Shown one piece after another: positions 33,876 through 38,839 of a stretch of DNA of 38,839 nt. This DNA comes from Guillardia theta CCMP2712. Lineage: Eukaryota > Protista > Cryptophyta. The DNA lies in NCBI RefSeq assembly GCF_000315625.1, contig NW_005434517.1, positions 1 through 38,839 on the forward strand, read 5' to 3'. The notes under the pieces were generated by a model. It was not told the origin of the DNA. It saw only the letters and a list, made by a program, of their open reading frames with translations, and did not search any database. A program made the position numbers and the translations under genes. Position 1 is the first letter of the stretch, and every line of letters starts with the position of its first letter.

Positions 33876-34975
33876 ATGCAGTTCCAGGGCGTCCCCCTCC
33901 TCCTCCTCCTCCTCCTCCTCCCGTCTGCCATGTTGACGTCTGGAGGCTGGGAGCACCTGGAAACCTTGCGTCACTTTGATCCAAGGAATAGTTTCGAAGC
34001 CATGGTAACAAGTAGGCTGCTTCCGACGATAGACGTGGATCGGATGCAGTACCTCCAAGTGAATGTAAAGCTGGCAGAAATGTATAAAGACGGGATTACA
34101 TGCAGCTCCAGGGTTCAGACTTTCCAGTCGCTTGCTCGACGAGTGGTCAACCGTCATACCTGGCTGTTCCCACATCTTCGGCTCACTTTGAACTTCAAGC
34201 ACGAACCCCAGTCGCCGATCGCGAGTGGGGTAATGTATCAGGCGGATTTATTCTTGCAATTGAGACAGGACACCAACCTTACTGCCTTGTTTCATCGTGT
34301 AATTAGCAATCAGGCAGAAGATGTGAAATCAGTGGGTCTCTGCGACCTATCTTTTCACGAAGTCACTGTGAGGAAGGGAGAATGTGTTTACTTTGAAATC
34401 ACAGAAAGCCCTGACGAGCTTTTCAACAAGATATTTCAACTGGCTAGGATATATGAAATGAGGAGAGAGTTTCTTGGAGAAAAGACCAAGATTTGCGCTA
34501 CTGGAATTATCATGAACGGTGGAAAATCCCAATTCACCGAGACGAGCTTAGTTGCGAAGGAGTTCTTCAAAAACTTTCTTGTCGACGCTGATCATGGGCC
34601 GGTGGTGGAAGTGGGGTTGAGAGATGTTCCCTTTTCCTGGGTTATACTCCACAGAGAACCGTGTTCAGCACCATAGAGGACTTGAGAGACGAGCTACAAA
34701 CAGAAATGAAGGAAATGAAATCAGAAATCAAGAAGGAAATCAAATCAGAAATGAAGAAAATGAAATCAGAAATCAAGAAGGAAATGAAATCAGAAATGAA
34801 GAAAATGAAATCAGAAATCAAGAAGGAAATCAAATCAGAAATGAAGAAAATGAAATCAGAAATCAAGAAGGAAATCAAATCAGAAATGAAGAAAATGAAA
34901 TCAGAGATGAAGGAAATCAAGGACGATATATCAGAAATCAAAGCCCTTTTAAAGCGTCCTACTGGTGGTGCATGA
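33876..34975 (+). CDS. Hypothetical protein: hydrophobic N-terminus, possible PD-(D/E)XK-like domain, C-terminal coiled-coil repeat
   Basis: ORFs 33876-34676 and 34661-34975 join if one T is added to the run at ~34632 (DVPFFLGYTPQRTVFSTIEDL). Motifs QADLF...YFEITES...NKIFQLAR...ATGIIMNG. Confidence 0.6.
34721..34900 (+). repeat. 45-bp coding tandem repeat x4 (SEIKKEIKSEMKKMK)
   Basis: tcagaaatcaagaaggaaat(c/g)aaatcagaaatgaagaaaatgaaa, four copies. Confidence 0.95.
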
Positions 34976-35047
34976 TTCGTGATTGTACATTGAGTAGATC
35001 CGATCGCTTCAGGTCATACTACTCTAGCTGGATGTTGTATTCTGGAC

Positions 35048-36830
35048 TCATACCGGACGCCCCTTGGACGTAGCGTAGGGAAATAGGATGACGATGCAGA
35101 TTCCTGCAGTGGTGCTGCTGATCTGATGAGTGTGTGTGCTTAATAAACAGAGATCGGCACTGGGAGTCGTCGGAGGCGTTCTTGAAGGTGCCGACAGGAC
35201 AAGCCTCGCAGCCGCCCGTCGTATTCCTCTGCCTGCCTGCTCCGCACTGCTCGGTGAAGACGATGTTGAAGACATGAGACGCGTTGAAGTCGCGCAGGAA
35301 CTGCTGGCGGTCGAAGGTCTGGAGGAACGATGCGAAGAAGCTGCGTGCTGCTGTGACCTCCAGGTGGCCTTGACGACGGGAGAGGAGGAGGGAGAGGGCA
35401 AGGGGGTTGTGGAGGGAGGAGTGGACGACATATCGGAGGAGTTGAAGGAATCTGTGGTGTAGACTGTGACGTTGCCCTGCTCGACCAAGGTGTTGGACTG
35501 AGTTCCCCCCACCAGCGCCGAGGAGACGAAGTGAACGAGTTCGAGAGAGAGGAGGAACAGGAGGAGAGAACCTCCGTCAGGTTGCCCTGGAGGTCGAGCG
35601 TGAAGGCGTCCACGTCCCCCGAGGTGAAGACTTCCGCCAGCACGTCCACCACGTCGACCGTGCACTCCGAGCTCGCAATGTGGGAGAAGTAACCGGGGTT
35701 ACATTGCGCACAGGCCGTCATGCCAGGCTGAAAGGTGAAAGTGAGTCACACACTGGCACGAGCCGATCGTGAAGCTCCCCACTGCAGCCGTCGAGCTGTG
35801 GGGGAAGCAGTCCTGACAGTTCACTGCGTCCGTCTCCGTGTAGTTGGGGGGGTTTCTCTCGGTACGATCCCTTGGGGCAGGAGGGACAGACGATCGGACC
35901 GTCCCGTTGCTGGAGGCGTAAGTCCCGTCCCCGCAGACCGAGCGGCAGGTTCCATTGCCCGTCACGTTCTTGAACGAGCCTGCTGGACAAGGAAAGCATC
36001 GGAAGGCAGCTTCAAACACGTAACCCCCAGCACAGATGCAGCTGCTGGTGGCTCCCACCGACGTCATCCCCACCAGGCAGTTGGTACATGCCGAGCTGCC
36101 CTCCAGCAGCGAGTAGGTTCCCACGGGGCAGTCATCACAGGCCTGGAAGCCCATCAAGCCCTTGAACTGTCCTGCCGGGCAACCCTGGCAGTCGCTGATG
36201 TTTTTGCCCGTGTATCCTGCCTGGCAGGTACAGTTGTCTTGCGCAATGCTGCCGACGGGGGAGGTAGATGGGGCAGGACAGGCTTGGCAGGATGAGGAAT
36301 TCACGCCGGCATAGCTCCCTTCGGGCCAGGGGCGGCAGGCAGGCGTGTAGCTGACTTGAACTCGTGCAAGGAGGGAGGGGCAGGAGCTTGTGTTGAGGCT
36401 CGACCCGTTGATCCTCATGCTCAACTCTGAGTTGGGTGCAATGTCAGAAGTCTTGGTGATCCACGTGTGGACGTCAAACTCAGTGCCAGTTGCTCCCGAG
36501 GTAGTCGCGAGACAGCTTCTCAGTGAACGCGAACATGGAGAAGGAGGCTGCGAGGGAGTAACCACTGGCGTTATGCGGGGAAATGTAGATGGAGACGTTG
36601 AGCTCGGAGGTGCCGGACAAGGTCAGAGCTGGGAAATTCAGAGAGCAGGGTGACTGCGACGTCAGGTTCAATGCACTCCTTGACTAGCTGCACCAACTCC
36701 GAGGAGAGGAGGGGTTCGCTGCCTGCTGGGCAGCTCAACCCTTGCGCCGGGAGCACGAGCCATGCAAGCTGAAGGAACGACGCGTATGCGAGGACCGCAA
36801 GACCTCTTATCTCTTCAATCCTCGTCCTTC
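35048..36830 (-). CDS. Secreted/surface Cys-rich protein with GCC2/GCC3 (ephrin-receptor-like/TNFR-like) repeats; multiply frameshifted
   Basis: Signal-like LAVLAYASFLQLAWLVLPAQG. Repeats CQACPAPSTS, CQGCPAGQFK, CDDCPVGTYS, CFPCPAGSFK, CEACPVGTFK are spread over several frames. Pseudogene or assembly errors. Confidence 0.65.
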
Positions 36831-37297
36831 TTCATACCTGCGACCAACCACAACCATGGGCGCGTCTACCAGTCAACACTCGGCTGAGAGTACTCAGAAG
36901 AGGTGATACAAGTCTAACAAACTTGTGCTCCGTCATGTCGTGACCCAGGCTCAGTCACTCGGAGGCCGGGCCCCGCCGGGCCCGGCCCGTATCATAGCCT
37001 TCACAAGTTCAAGGACTCAGTGGGAGCCTCGGCGGATCCCGGCCCCTCCCAAACCGTTAACTGATATCTTTACTTTATTGGAAGCCTTCATGGGATCCGC
37101 CCCATGGTGTTTTACCCGAAGATGCAGGAGGCGGAAGCCGGGGAGGGGAGCAGGACGACAATGCAAGGTTGGCCGCCATCGCATGTAATGTCTACATGTC
37201 ACACTCGGAACGGCGACCATGTACAGAAGCATGCTCATGCATCTTGCTTGAAGGGGCTGTTGCGAATAAGGACGAGTATGCCAGCTAGAGCAGGGTG

Positions 37298-38700
37298 ATG
37301 AGGTTGTGGGGCATGGTTACATGGCGCCCTACCTCGTCCTACGCCGCTCTGCTGATTATCTTGTGCATGTTGCATCTACACACAGATGCTTTTCGCAGCC
37401 AGCAACATGGGAAAGCTGGAAAACTGATGCAGAGAGCGAGTGCAAGCGCCGTCGACATGTCGAGATGTTTGCTTTCTCTGAGAGGAGGCGCAGCAAAGAG
37501 GAGACAACCAAGACATAGACTTGACAATGCTGAGGATAGTTCGAGCAGCGAGGACGCCGTGATCCGAAGTTTGCACAGGAGGAGGCAGCTTTCTAAGAAG
37601 AAACGAGAATGCTCAGACTCAGACTCCCAACAGAATCATGGCGGTAAACACGACATGCACGGCAATGAAGAACAGAAAGGAGGCTATGGGGGTTGGATGA
37701 TGATGAACCCTACGGTGGTGGCCGAAGCTGGGAAGGGTGCTGGGAAGGCAGCAGCGGGAAAAACGAGGAGTTTGCGCGCTGAAAGTAGCAGGGAAGAGAA
37801 GCGAGCAGCGAGAGAGAAGAGAAACGAGACCTTGTCGAGAGCTGTTCCCTCTGGTCCGAAGAAACTGTCCAGAGGAGGTAGTAAGGAGACGGGAAGAGGA
37901 GCAGGGGTCGTGAAGGAGAGGAGGGAGAGGAGGGAGAGGAGTTCTATCTATGAAGAGTGGGCGGCAAAGTCATGGAAAAGCTGCTTCTTCTACCGCAAGA
38001 GTGCGAGGGTGGAGTCAAGGTACCTCAACGAGAGCTTAAAGCGCGATCTCAAGCGCAGGAGGAGGCACTTCAGGTGGGAGGAGGGAAGGGGGGGGAGGGG
38101 CCTCGCCTTGTTGCATCCTGGTCATGACATTGTGCTGGGCAGCCAAGGCGGGATGCTCCTTCATAAGGCAGTCGGGTCGGTTACCAACATCTTCGATCTG
38201 CTCGCTACTCTCTCAGTCCGGGTGATTCCGCTCGAGGTTCAGGTGAGCTGCTGGATGTCTGCAAGTGCTGGTTGTGTCGGCCACGAGGCTGATCGAGATG
38301 TAACTGAGTGAAGCCTTACTCATGTCCTACTGAAATGTCACTGACGTATGGCTGATGTATGGCTGACATCTGACGGTTTCTGCTGTAGGACTACAGAATA
38401 GAGTGGAAAGATCCCATGCCTTTCTTCGATTATGATGAGAAGTTCCGCATGGATAAGATCAAGGTTGAGAACGTTTCTTCGCTTCTCTTCCCTCGCTACT
38501 ATTTGCCTCGTGTATCTCGTGCTCCTGCTCTCCACTCCACTCCTCTTCCATTCTTCAACTTTGTCTGCTCAAAGATCATTGTCTTCCTGCTTGAAGATGA
38601 ATGTCATGGAGGGCTAAGGGAGTCAAAGGACAACAGGAGGGCAGTGAAGAGGTTAAGATGGAGGAGAGAAAGACAGAAGGGAGGATATCAAAGAGCATGA
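37298..38700 (+). CDS. Hypothetical signal-peptide protein with LRGG motif, multi-exon (3' end uncertain)
   Basis: MRLWG...YAALLIILCMLHLHTDA then LLSLRGG. Long first exon; later exons splice as VIPLEVQ/DYRIEWKDPMPFFDYDEKF. Confidence 0.55.
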
Positions 38701-38750
38701 ACTGCAGCGGAAAAGATGCAGACAGAAATAGAAGATGCTGGTGCTGCTGG

Positions 38751-38809
<59 letters not shown>
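38751..38809. repeat. (GTT)n microsatellite
   Basis: About 19 GTT units. Confidence 0.95.
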
Positions 38810-38810
<1 letters not shown>

Positions 38811-38839
38811 CACAACTCAGAACTCTGGTTCGTTGTTCA

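Overview
Eukaryotic nuclear DNA: gene-dense, with many ~50-90 nt GT-AG introns, some swollen by microsatellites. The intron style, a bipartite signal+Phe targeting sequence, a SHAQKYF-MYB and an LRGG motif suggest a cryptophyte alga such as Guillardia theta; this is inference, not a database result. From left to right the window holds: (1) a partial HeH/TPR/F-box gene; (2) a tail-to-tail pair of secreted LRR genes with 24-aa repeats and VLR-like architecture, whose LRR arrays differ in sequence and size while their 3' 327 bp, including an intron, are nearly identical; (3) a PDZ + TKL kinase gene; (4) a low-complexity-rich hypothetical gene; (5) a CS/PFU-like + EGLN-type prolyl hydroxylase; (6) a ~6.9 kb quasi-palindrome whose ~2-2.4 kb arms each carry a putatively plastid-targeted coiled-coil protein with HEPN-like motifs and a decayed TBP-like gene; (7) a small TIR element whose empty site is visible in the other arm; (8) a SHAQKYF MYB; (9) a Mutator-like element with a 9-bp TSD; (10) a putative PD-(D/E)XK-like protein with a 15-residue coiled coil; (11) a frameshifted Cys-rich repeat gene; (12) a signal-peptide/LRGG gene. 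Many genes show 1-nt deletions in short homopolymers, so apparent frameshifts are probably assembly errors. Exon boundaries were read by eye and several gene starts are approximate.
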